NCBI GenBank assembly: GCA_019058245.1
Contig: JAHPZJ010000017.1
Location: 1 to 11,123 of the forward strand
Direction of reading: 5' to 3'
DNA from: Promethearchaeota archaeon
Lineage (GTDB): Archaea > Asgardarchaeota > Lokiarchaeia > Sigyniarchaeales > SOKP01
DNA: 11,123 nucleotides
Shown: in pieces, positions 1 to 8,039 of the stretch
How positions within the stretch are numbered: position 1 is the stretch's first letter
Layout: the number at the start of each line of letters is the position of its first letter
Position numbers and translations under genes: made by a program
Notes under the pieces: generated by a model
Seen by the model: only the letters and a program-made list of their open reading frames with translations
Database searches by the model: none
What the model was told of the DNA's origin: nothing

Positions 1-177
1 GTAATATAGCAGAATTCCAATCATATAAAACAGAATCTATTAAAAAAAAATTATGTTTTTTCTTTATAAAAAATATTAAATTGAAAGTTTATTACAATTA
101 GATTTTTTTAAAATTACTTTATAATTTATACTTTGAATATCAGAAATCCAAAAAAATAGAAGAAATTAAAGGATGAA

Positions 178-333
178 TCATCTATGGACGTTAACATTTT
201 TTTTCAAATCATTTAATGAGGTTATTATAATTTCCAATATCGTTTCTCTGACATTTGGATTCTCTTCGGTAAAATCCTTTATTTTGGAAACTACATCATC
301 CACAAAATTCATTTGTTCATAATTTAATCCCAT
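178..333 (-). CDS. Small hypothetical protein, 51 aa (MGLNYEQMNFVDDVVSKIKDFTEENPNVRETILEIIITSLNDLKKNVNVHR), absent from the ORF track
   Basis: Manual translation: ATG at 333-331 to TGA at 180-178, 52 codons with no internal stop. An SD-like AGGTGGG (345-339) lies 5 nt upstream of the ATG. The sequence has an amphipathic two-helix pattern, and open frames this long are uncommon in such AT-rich intergenic DNA. Confidence 0.65.
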   Translation of the reverse strand: MGLNYEQMNFVDDVVSKIKDFTEENPNVRETILEIIITSLNDLKKNVNVHR

Positions 334-338
334 TATTT

Positions 339-345
339 CCCACCT
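339..345 (-). promoter_or_regulatory. Shine-Dalgarno-like site for the 51-aa ORF
   Basis: The minus strand reads AAAAAGGTGGGAAATAATG, a partial match to the GGAGGTGA consensus at suitable spacing. Confidence 0.55.
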
Positions 346-543
346 TTTTCATGCATTTAACTTAATTTTCTCTATTTTATACCATCAAATCAAGAGTTAA
401 GATATTTTATAAATATATATATCATATTTTAAATTTTCTTCTTACAGAAAATTAAAGCTTTCGCGATTAAGGTTTATTACTAAGGTAATCGAAGCAGAAA
501 TTTTTTTAGTTCAGAAACAAAATAACCTATTTTAATCTCATAA

Positions 544-1509
544 TTATGCTGTTAATTTATGTAATCCCCGAGAAAAAATTTTTTCCTTATACCATGTTAT
601 TTGCTTTCGAAGTATTTCTTCTAAACTTGTATGAGGTTCATAGCCTAATATGCGACGTGCTTTATCAATATTAGCTAGAGTATGTAATTGATCTCCAGGT
701 CGATTAGGTTTTATATCAAAACGAGCTTTTTTACCCATAATTTTTTCAACAATTGCTATACCATCTTTAGTTGTAATTTCATTATCAGAGCCAATATTAA
801 ATATTTCACCAATGCATTTCTCAGGATGATTTAAAACTAACAAAAAGCCAGTTAAAATATCTGAAATTGCTGTATAGCTACGTGAATGGTTTAAACTGTC
901 TTCAAATAATGGGAATGGCTCATCTATTAAAATAGAACGAATAAGTTTTGTGTACAACTTTTCTGGTCGTTCACGTGGACCTAGAACTGAGAAGATTCTT
1001 AAGGAACATGCAGGTAAGCCTTTTTCTCTTTGATAGACCAAAACTAATTGTTCAGCGGCTAATTTAGTAACACCATAGTATGAAGTCGGTTTTGGAGCAC
1101 TATCTTCCGCATCGTATGCAAATTTACCATAAATGGATGATGTAGCAACATTGACAAAACATTTTAAACCAGAGAGAAATTTCACAGCTTCCAGTAATTT
1201 ATAAGTTGCATTTAAGTTATTGCGTATATATTCTTCATATGTTGTCGTACTTGAAATACCAGGTTGAGCTGCTAAATGAAAGATAAACTGGACATTTTTA
1301 ACAACATCAGACAAATCATCACTAACTAAATCGATTTCCAAAACCTGTACTCCTTTAGCGGAAATTTCTTCAGCATTAAGACGTTTTAATTCAGGAGCGT
1401 AATATGGATTGAAATTGTCAATACCTATGACTTCATGCCCCATTTCGGAGAGAGTTTCAGATAAATGAGAACCTATAAATCCTGCAGCACCAGTAACAAG
1501 AATCTTCAT
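544..1509 (-). CDS. NAD-dependent nucleotide-sugar epimerase/dehydratase (extended SDR, UDP-glucuronate 4-epimerase-like)
   Basis: N-terminal TGAAGFIG Rossmann motif, GIDNFNPYY, HLAAQPG, TSSIYG catalytic Ser region, YGVTK (YxxxK), GPRERP, FNIGS and RPGDQ motifs. Confidence 0.93.
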   Translation of the reverse strand: MKILVTGAAGFIGSHLSETLSEMGHEVIGIDNFNPYYAPELKRLNAEEISAKGVQVLEIDLVSDDLSDVVKNVQFIFHLAAQPGISSTTTYEEYIRNNLNATYKLLEAVKFLSGLKCFVNVATSSIYGKFAYDAEDSAPKPTSYYGVTKLAAEQLVLVYQREKGLPACSLRIFSVLGPRERPEKLYTKLIRSILIDEPFPLFEDSLNHSRSYTAISDILTGFLLVLNHPEKCIGEIFNIGSDNEITTKDGIAIVEKIMGKKARFDIKPNRPGDQLHTLANIDKARRILGYEPHTSLEEILRKQITWYKEKIFSRGLHKLTA

Positions 1510-1670
1510 AATTCAATCGTATTTAATTTAAGTAGTATTTATACCTTACTTTTAATAATTTAAAGAAAGTCAAAAAGATAATGTATTAAATTTGGATAAT
1601 AAATTAAATTTTTTTCAGAAAATATTTAAAATTCTTTCCTTCTTGATTTAATCTATTATTATCTTTTTTT

Positions 1671-1676
1671 GGTGAT
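1671..1676 (+). promoter_or_regulatory. Shine-Dalgarno site (GGTGAT) of the dehydrogenase
   Basis: GGTGAT lies 8 nt upstream of the ATG at 1685 and is a typical archaeal RBS core. Confidence 0.6.
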
Positions 1677-1684
1677 CCTGAAAA

Positions 1685-2692
1685 ATGAAAGCTGCTATAT
1701 TTAATGGGAAAGAAATAACGATAAGAAATGTATCTGACCCTAAAATAAAAGACTCTGAAGTCTTGGTTCGTGTTAAAGTAGCTGGAATCTGTGGTACAGA
1801 TCTTGCTATCGTTAATGGATATCTCCCAACACCTACACCAATTATTTTAGGGCATGAATTTGTTGGTATAGTTGAAAAAGTAGGTAAAGATGTTGATAAA
1901 TCTTGGCTAAATAAGAGAATAACTTCAGAAATTAATACTAATATTGATTTTAACTGTTATTATTGCAAATTAGGGATATATACTCAATGTATTTCTCGTA
2001 AAGCGATTGGAATTGATGTTGACGGAGCTTTAGCAGAACTTATTGCTTTAGAATCATATTTATTACATGAAATTCCAGATTTTATTTCTGATGATGAAGC
2101 TACGTTTATTGAACCTCTTGCTGCAGCTTTTCAGGTTTTCGAAATGATGCCTATAGATGACGATGATAAAGTAATTGCTATTTTTGGGCTTGGTAAGCTT
2201 GGATTATTGATAAGTCAAGTCGCTAAATTAAAAGGTTTAGAAATAATTGGGGTGGATGAGTCAGATAGGAAATTAAAGCTAGCGAAAAAATTGGGAGTTA
2301 AAGAAATCATTAATCGATTAAAAGAAAAAAATATTCCGAATGTAATACAAAACTTCACAGATGGATTAGGAGCAGATATGGTAATTGATGCGACAGGTAA
2401 TCCAGACGCATTAGGGGATATAATTGCTTCTTGTAGAACCAGAGGAAAAATTCATATAAAAAGTACGTATGGAATTGAAACCCCTATTAATCTTACTGAT
2501 GTTGTAGTAAGAGAATTGACTCTTTATAGTAGTAGATGTGGTCCATTTGAAAAAGCTATAGAGGGAATAAAATCGGGAAATATAAAGGTTGAAGAATTAA
2601 TTTCTGATAAATTTCAGTTGAGTGAAATAAATAAAGCTTTTGAATCCTATAAATTAAGCCAAGATCACATTAAGACAATTATTCAGATATAA
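1685..2692 (+). CDS. Zn-dependent medium-chain dehydrogenase/reductase (threonine/sugar-alcohol dehydrogenase-like MDR)
   Basis: GICGTD (catalytic Zn Cys36), LGHEFVG, structural Zn lobe D88-x2-C91-x2-C94-x7-C102, EPLAAA, GLGKLG nucleotide-binding motif, DATG, IKST and SRCGPF motifs. Confidence 0.93.
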   Translation: MKAAIFNGKEITIRNVSDPKIKDSEVLVRVKVAGICGTDLAIVNGYLPTPTPIILGHEFVGIVEKVGKDVDKSWLNKRITSEINTNIDFNCYYCKLGIYTQCISRKAIGIDVDGALAELIALESYLLHEIPDFISDDEATFIEPLAAAFQVFEMMPIDDDDKVIAIFGLGKLGLLISQVAKLKGLEIIGVDESDRKLKLAKKLGVKEIINRLKEKNIPNVIQNFTDGLGADMVIDATGNPDALGDIIASCRTRGKIHIKSTYGIETPINLTDVVVRELTLYSSRCGPFEKAIEGIKSGNIKVEELISDKFQLSEINKAFESYKLSQDHIKTIIQI

Positions 2693-2808
2693 AGATAATT
2701 ATTCAAAAAAGTCCAAGAAAAAATTATGAATTAATTTTGGGATCATTGAATTTTTTAGATACAAACTCTTAATTACTAGATATAACTCAAAATCATTAAT
2801 TTTTTATA

Positions 2809-4635
2809 ATGGAAAAAGTAAAGCAACAAATTGTAGAAAATATTTCAAAAAAAGAAACACCTAAAGAGGAAATAAAATTTCAATATTTTTGGTATCTCAT
2901 TATTTTTTTTACTATATACTTAACATCATTGATAGTACCAGCATTTATATTCATGACATATATAATCCTTTTTTTTTTACCACATTTTTTAGAAATTGGA
3001 GGTTTTATTACTCTATTTACAAACACTAAATCAGTTATAGCTTTGGTGACTATGCCATTAGTTATTATTAGTTGTTATATTATTCGATTGTTTTTAATTG
3101 GATTAGTAACTCGCGGATTTTGGACTTTAAGCGAAAAAAAATCACCAAGCAAAAATGGTATAATTCCCAGGAATTTTTCGAGTAAAACATTAAATTATTA
3201 CCATATTAGAAGTATGATGATTAAATATGGAAAGAATGTTTTTACAAAAGGAATTACACCTTGGCTCAGTAATTGGTTTTTTAACTTTGTGGGATCAATT
3301 ACAATTGGAAAAGGCACAACTTTAGAAGAGAGTATGATGAATGATAAATTTGCTATTGTTGGAAGTAATTGCTATTTTGGTGTCAATTCTGCATTAGCTA
3401 GCCATATGGTGGATGGTACTCTTGGAAATATTAATTATTTTCAAGTGAAGATAGGAGATAATGTTACTACTGCAGGGACAAATCTAATTGCTGCTGGATC
3501 AGATGTACATGGGAATTCTTATCTACTTCCTTTAGCTTCAACTGGTAAACATAGTATAATAAATAAAGGAAATAACTATTTTTTTGGAATCCCTATGAGA
3601 AAAATCTTTAGAAAAAAGCTAGTGAAGTATTTAGATTTAACTCCAAAACATTTTGATATAAATGAAAATATTGAGAAGTATATAGATAAGAAAAATATAG
3701 AAAAATTAAAAATTGAAATAAATAATGTTGTATCTCAGCCTGATGATAAACCTAAAACTGAGAAGTCTCAAAAAGAGATTATTGATATAAATAAATTGAC
3801 CGAAAATGATTTAAAAATTGATTTTACAACAAGTAGTGCCATTTCAAGAGTAAATATTAAATTCTTAGTGGTATATCTACCAATATTTTGGCTTTCTGGA
3901 ATGATAGACACTATAATTTTCTATACATTCATATCTTATGTCCCAAATGGATTCTTAATGATATTTTTTCTTCCAGCAATGATATTTATCATGTGGTTTG
4001 TATTTATTATGGGGTGTTTCTTTTTTAGTAAATTATTTTTAGTGTTAATAAATTTGATTCATAAACCAAAAGAAGGAATATTTAAAGCTGAAATAGGAGA
4101 TACTGACTTTGAATTTTGGTGTTTACGTACTGAATTAAAAAAAATTGTTCTATGGCTTATACGAAATTGGCCTATACCCTGGATGGATATTTTAGCTTTC
4201 AAATGGTTTGGAATAAGGATGACTTTATCTAGTTCTTTATATGATTCTTGGTGTGATGGTGAGTTTATTACTTTTGGTCGGAGAGTTTTGGTGGGTCAGG
4301 GAGCTTCTATAAATTCTTCTATGGTATTAGGAAAGTACTTGATTATAAAAAGGGTAATATGTGGTGATTATTCTCTAGTTGGTGGGCAATCCACAATCGC
4401 ACCTGGTAGCATCATAGGGAAAGAAGCATTTGTTAGTGCTATCTCTAATACTGTATATAATCAGATTCTTGAACCAGGATGGATCTATCTAGGAATTCCC
4501 GTTATAAAATTTAAAAAAAATAAGTATGCTAGTGAACGAAGAGATATAATAATTAAAAGAGATATAAATGACCAGATGAAATTTGAAATGGAACATGAAG
4601 TAAACATTGATGAAGATAAAAATGATAAATTATAA
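2809..4635 (+). CDS. Membrane protein with two [TM pair + LbH hexapeptide acyltransferase] modules; Pls/PosA C-terminal-like (paralog A)
   Basis: Two hydrophobic segments precede each hexapeptide-repeat region (TIGKGTTL, IVGSNCYFG, KIGDNVTT, ending YFFGIP; then TFGRRVLVG, ICGDYSLVG, IIGKEAFVS, ending IYLGIP). A charged linker separates the modules. The family assignment is from motif recognition, not a search. Confidence 0.8.
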   Translation: MEKVKQQIVENISKKETPKEEIKFQYFWYLIIFFTIYLTSLIVPAFIFMTYIILFFLPHFLEIGGFITLFTNTKSVIALVTMPLVIISCYIIRLFLIGLVTRGFWTLSEKKSPSKNGIIPRNFSSKTLNYYHIRSMMIKYGKNVFTKGITPWLSNWFFNFVGSITIGKGTTLEESMMNDKFAIVGSNCYFGVNSALASHMVDGTLGNINYFQVKIGDNVTTAGTNLIAAGSDVHGNSYLLPLASTGKHSIINKGNNYFFGIPMRKIFRKKLVKYLDLTPKHFDINENIEKYIDKKNIEKLKIEINNVVSQPDDKPKTEKSQKEIIDINKLTENDLKIDFTTSSAISRVNIKFLVVYLPIFWLSGMIDTIIFYTFISYVPNGFLMIFFLPAMIFIMWFVFIMGCFFFSKLFLVLINLIHKPKEGIFKAEIGDTDFEFWCLRTELKKIVLWLIRNWPIPWMDILAFKWFGIRMTLSSSLYDSWCDGEFITFGRRVLVGQGASINSSMVLGKYLIIKRVICGDYSLVGGQSTIAPGSIIGKEAFVSAISNTVYNQILEPGWIYLGIPVIKFKKNKYASERRDIIIKRDINDQMKFEMEHEVNIDEDKNDKL

Positions 4636-4649
4636 AAAATTATAATTTT

Positions 4650-5045
4650 CTAATCTAATTTCAAATTTAATTGTTCTCTCAGAAAATTTTTTAAATTTCG
4701 ACAACTTTTTTCAAAATCTTGTTTACTTTCATAGAAAACATGGGTTCTGGGGCAATCAGCATCAAGTTTACATAACTGTTCGTCAATATCATATATCAAT
4801 GGATAGAATCTACATCCTTGAGGTCGAAAATCATAAATTGTGCATTTCATCGAGAGATTATCTAAAAATACACAATGATTTGTAGAATTTTTTAATTGAA
4901 AAAACCCATTTTGATTAATAAAACTAAATTTTTTCTTTTTTATTTTTTTTGGATAAAATTTGATTATTTTTTCAATATCTTGTTGAGATAAAATCATTTC
5001 TGTATTGATACAGCATTTTCCGCAATAATCGCATCTATTTTCCAT
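4650..5045 (-). CDS. YkgJ-family / CxxCxxCC cysteine-cluster (Zn or Fe-S binding) protein
   Basis: CDYCGKCC at the N-terminus, then CVFLD, CTIYDFRPQGCRFYP and further Cys residues, matching the PF03692-type pattern. Confidence 0.88.
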   Translation of the reverse strand: MENRCDYCGKCCINTEMILSQQDIEKIIKFYPKKIKKKKFSFINQNGFFQLKNSTNHCVFLDNLSMKCTIYDFRPQGCRFYPLIYDIDEQLCKLDADCPRTHVFYESKQDFEKSCRNLKNFLREQLNLKLD

Positions 5046-5179
5046 AGTGAATTATTATTTTTGTGTTAATCTCATAAATTTTAAAGGTAGGAAAATATCT
5101 ATTAAAATATAATAATCTTTAATTGCTTTTTAATTGAGTAAAAAAATAGAAAAAAATGATAATATAAACGAAAATAGCG

Positions 5180-7051
5180 ATGAGCAGAGAAGATAAAGAA
5201 ACTACAGCTCTCGAGTATGAAGAAAACAATGAAGAAGTATTAAAAGAAGAATTAAGTCTACAATTTCATTTGTATATCTTAATTTTTGCTATAATTTATT
5301 ATGTGTCATGGCTGGTACCTGGATTTGTTTTTTGGTTATATTTTATGGGTCCATTTCGAATATTTTTCTTAGAAAATTTGGATTTTTTCTCAATTTTTAC
5401 AAATATTAATTCATTGTTAACTCTATTATCTATGCCAATTATACTTATTAGCTGTTATTTACTCCATTTGTTATTAATTGGTTTAACAACACGCATTATT
5501 TGGAAAATCACTGAGAAGATTTCACCCTCAAAATCAGGTGTGATACCACGAAATATTAGAAGCAGGACTGCAAATTATTATCATATTAGAAGCTTTATGA
5601 TCAAATATGGGAAAAATACTTTTACTAAAGGGATGTTCCCTTGGTTATCTAATTGGTTTTTCAATACAGTTGGCTCAAATAAAATTGGTAAAGGTACAAC
5701 AATCGAAGAGTCTGTAGGTAATGATAAATTTATTGATATTGGTAAAAATTGTTATATTGGCGTGAATGCTACATTAGCGAGTCATTTACTTCAAGGAATT
5801 TTTGGCAACATTACTTATTTTGAGATTAAGGCAGGAGATAATGTTACAACTGCTGCTATGAATCAAGTTGGTCCAGGATCAGAACTTAATGATAATTCTT
5901 TTTTATTACCATTAGCTTCAACAAGTAAACATAGCATCGCAAAGGGAGGTTATTATTTTGGAATACCATTTAGAAAGATCTTTAGAAAAAAAATATTAAA
6001 TTATCTTGATTTATCTCCAAAAGATTTGGAAAGGAATGAAAATATTGAAGGATATAAAGATAAAAAACTTATTAAAGAACTTAAAAAAAAGAATCTTTTA
6101 CAAAATGATGTTGATTACGTTCATAGAGAAAATGCTGTAATAGAAGAACAAAAGGAGGTACAAATAGATATCAATAATTTATCAGATGAAGAATTAGCTA
6201 TTGATTTTGCTACTAGCTCAGCAGTAAGTCGAATAAATATAAAGTTTTTAATTGTATATTTACCTCTTTTATGGGTTGCGGGATTAGTAACTACAATAAT
6301 TTGGTATTGGTATTCTGAAAATGAATTAAGTTCAATGCATTTTCGGTTGGAATTTTTCCTATTCTTTCCACTAATTTTATTCGGTCTAATATATATCTTT
6401 ATTGTGGCATGCTTACTTTTTAGTAAGTTGCTCTTACTGTTAGTTAATCTCATTCATAAACCTAAGGAAGGTGTATTCAAAGCTGAAAAAAGAAATAAAG
6501 ATTATGAATTTTGGATGATAAGAACCGAATTAAAAAAGTTGGGTTTATGGTTTATGAGAAATTCTCCATTACCATGGACTGATGTGGTTGCTTTAAAATT
6601 ATTTGGAGTCGATATGGATTCATCAAGTCATTTGCCTGATGCATGGTGCGATCCAGAATTCGTTAAATTTGGTAGAAAGAATCTAATTGGGCAAGGAGCT
6701 TTAATAATGTCGAGTATGGTAGTTGGAAGATATTTATTAATAAAAAAGATATTTTTTGATGATTATGTAATGGTTGGAGGGCATACAACAATATCTCCTG
6801 GCACAATTATCGGCAAAGAATCTGTAATAGGTGCTGTTAGTTCAACAACATATAATCAGGTTTTGGAACCAGGCTGGGTGTATTTTGGATTCCCCGCTAT
6901 TAAACTCAAGGAAAACAAATATGCTGAAGAAAAAAGAGATGTAATTATTAAGCGTGATGTTGATGGCGAAAAAAAATTCACAACTATCCATGAAGTAAAT
7001 ATTGATGAAGATAAAAAAAAATTAATTAAAACTCAAAAAGAAAAGGTATGA
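5180..7051 (+). CDS. Membrane protein with two [TM pair + LbH] modules; Pls/PosA C-terminal-like (paralog B)
   Basis: Same architecture as 2809..4635, with shared blocks NYYHIRS(M/F)MIKYGKN, PWLSNWFFN, IGKGTT, LASH, LLPLAST, RKIFRKK, NLIHKPKEG, RTELKK, YNQ(I/V)LEPGW and HEVNIDEDK. Confidence 0.8.
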   Translation: MSREDKETTALEYEENNEEVLKEELSLQFHLYILIFAIIYYVSWLVPGFVFWLYFMGPFRIFFLENLDFFSIFTNINSLLTLLSMPIILISCYLLHLLLIGLTTRIIWKITEKISPSKSGVIPRNIRSRTANYYHIRSFMIKYGKNTFTKGMFPWLSNWFFNTVGSNKIGKGTTIEESVGNDKFIDIGKNCYIGVNATLASHLLQGIFGNITYFEIKAGDNVTTAAMNQVGPGSELNDNSFLLPLASTSKHSIAKGGYYFGIPFRKIFRKKILNYLDLSPKDLERNENIEGYKDKKLIKELKKKNLLQNDVDYVHRENAVIEEQKEVQIDINNLSDEELAIDFATSSAVSRINIKFLIVYLPLLWVAGLVTTIIWYWYSENELSSMHFRLEFFLFFPLILFGLIYIFIVACLLFSKLLLLLVNLIHKPKEGVFKAEKRNKDYEFWMIRTELKKLGLWFMRNSPLPWTDVVALKLFGVDMDSSSHLPDAWCDPEFVKFGRKNLIGQGALIMSSMVVGRYLLIKKIFFDDYVMVGGHTTISPGTIIGKESVIGAVSSTTYNQVLEPGWVYFGFPAIKLKENKYAEEKRDVIIKRDVDGEKKFTTIHEVNIDEDKKKLIKTQKEKV

Positions 7052-8001
7052 TAATGAGTGTCCCAAATACGATGAGAGTAGGGCCTTTCACGCCTACAGT
7101 TCTAGTAAAAAAGAGATATTTAATATTTTATTTTTTCCTAATTTGGATAAGTATTATTCCTGTACTTTTAGAATTTTGGGTCTATTGGCGTTTTTTATGG
7201 AATTATGAGAGACCTATTCATTTTTATACCTTTCTTCCTCTTCTAATATTTGGAATGTATATATCTATAGTGTTTTTTTCTATTTTATTTGCTAAAATAT
7301 TATTAATAATAATTAATGCAATACATAAACCTCGAGAAGGTGTATTCTTACGTATCCCAGAAGATAAAGATTATAGATATTGGAGTCTTCGAAATACAAT
7401 TAAGCGGTGGCCAATATGGCTTGCTCATAAATTTCCCTTTCCTTTCTTGGACAATATCTGTTTTAAAGCTTTTGGTGTAAAAACAAAATTCTCAAACTCT
7501 CTATTTGAAGGGTGGGTTGATACAGAATTTATAGAATTTGGTAAAGACGTAGTGGTAGGTCAAGGTGCAATCATTCAATCCGCTGTCATTATAGGTAATT
7601 TATTAATAATTCGGAAGACTATGATTGAAGATGATGTGAGGATTGGATCACATGCAATAGTTATGCCTGGTACTCATATTGAAAATAAATGTATCCTAGC
7701 AGCGAATTCTGTAACCACAATTGGACAGGTTTTAGAAAAAGAATATATATATGTGGGTATTCCCGCAAAGAAATTCAAAAAGAATTTTTTCTTTGAAGAT
7801 GGATTGGAAAATAAAATTGGTCATGTTGAAGATATCGAAAAATTAAGAGAAAAGTACGAGGAAATTTATACAAAACGTTACGATCAACTTACTCGTAAAG
7901 ATCGTAGAGAAAAAAAGAGAGAAAAAAAAGAAGAAGAGAAAAAGAGATTTGATAAAGGAGTAGAGGAATGGGACGATTTTGATGATGATTTCAATATTTA
8001 G
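7048..8001 (+). CDS. Membrane protein with a single [TM pair + LbH] module and a charged C-terminal tail; translationally coupled to paralog B
   Basis: ATGA start/stop overlap at 7048-7051 (alternative Met at 7054). Two TM segments are followed by IHKPREGVF...YRYW, EFGKDVVVGQGA, MIEDDVRIGSHA, MPGTHIEN and YVGIPAK. It is most similar to module 2 of the two long paralogs. Confidence 0.82.
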   Translation: MIMSVPNTMRVGPFTPTVLVKKRYLIFYFFLIWISIIPVLLEFWVYWRFLWNYERPIHFYTFLPLLIFGMYISIVFFSILFAKILLIIINAIHKPREGVFLRIPEDKDYRYWSLRNTIKRWPIWLAHKFPFPFLDNICFKAFGVKTKFSNSLFEGWVDTEFIEFGKDVVVGQGAIIQSAVIIGNLLIIRKTMIEDDVRIGSHAIVMPGTHIENKCILAANSVTTIGQVLEKEYIYVGIPAKKFKKNFFFEDGLENKIGHVEDIEKLREKYEEIYTKRYDQLTRKDRREKKREKKEEEKKRFDKGVEEWDDFDDDFNI

Positions 8002-8039
8002 CGTTTATTGAATAATCTATGCAATTCAAGATATCCGTT

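Noticed and set aside
1-24. Possible start of a minus-strand gene running off the window (MIGILLYY...)
   Set aside because: Only 8 codons are visible and there is no RBS, so it cannot be supported.
457-495. Imperfect inverted repeat (GCTT..CGATTA / TAATCG-AAGC) downstream of the epimerase
   Set aside because: Short, bulged stem with a 16-nt loop; insufficient to call a terminator or ncRNA.
6121-6453. 110-aa minus-strand ORF
   Set aside because: Antisense shadow entirely inside the 623-aa gene, opposite its linker and TM-coding region, with no recognisable motif.
7010-7051. Programmed -1 frameshift on the A9 run (7013-7021) fusing the 623-aa and 317-aa ORFs into one three-module protein
   Set aside because: The -1 frame hits TAA at 7027-7029 right after the run, and there is no canonical slippery heptamer between 7030 and 7047. 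Paralog A ends just after the same HEVNIDEDK motif, and the ATGA overlap indicates a real two-gene split.
2809-8001. Calling these genes a true epsilon-poly-L-lysine synthetase or NRPS
   Set aside because: No adenylation-domain core motifs and no phosphopantetheine-attachment GGxS carrier domain appear in the window; only the membrane LbH portion is similar.
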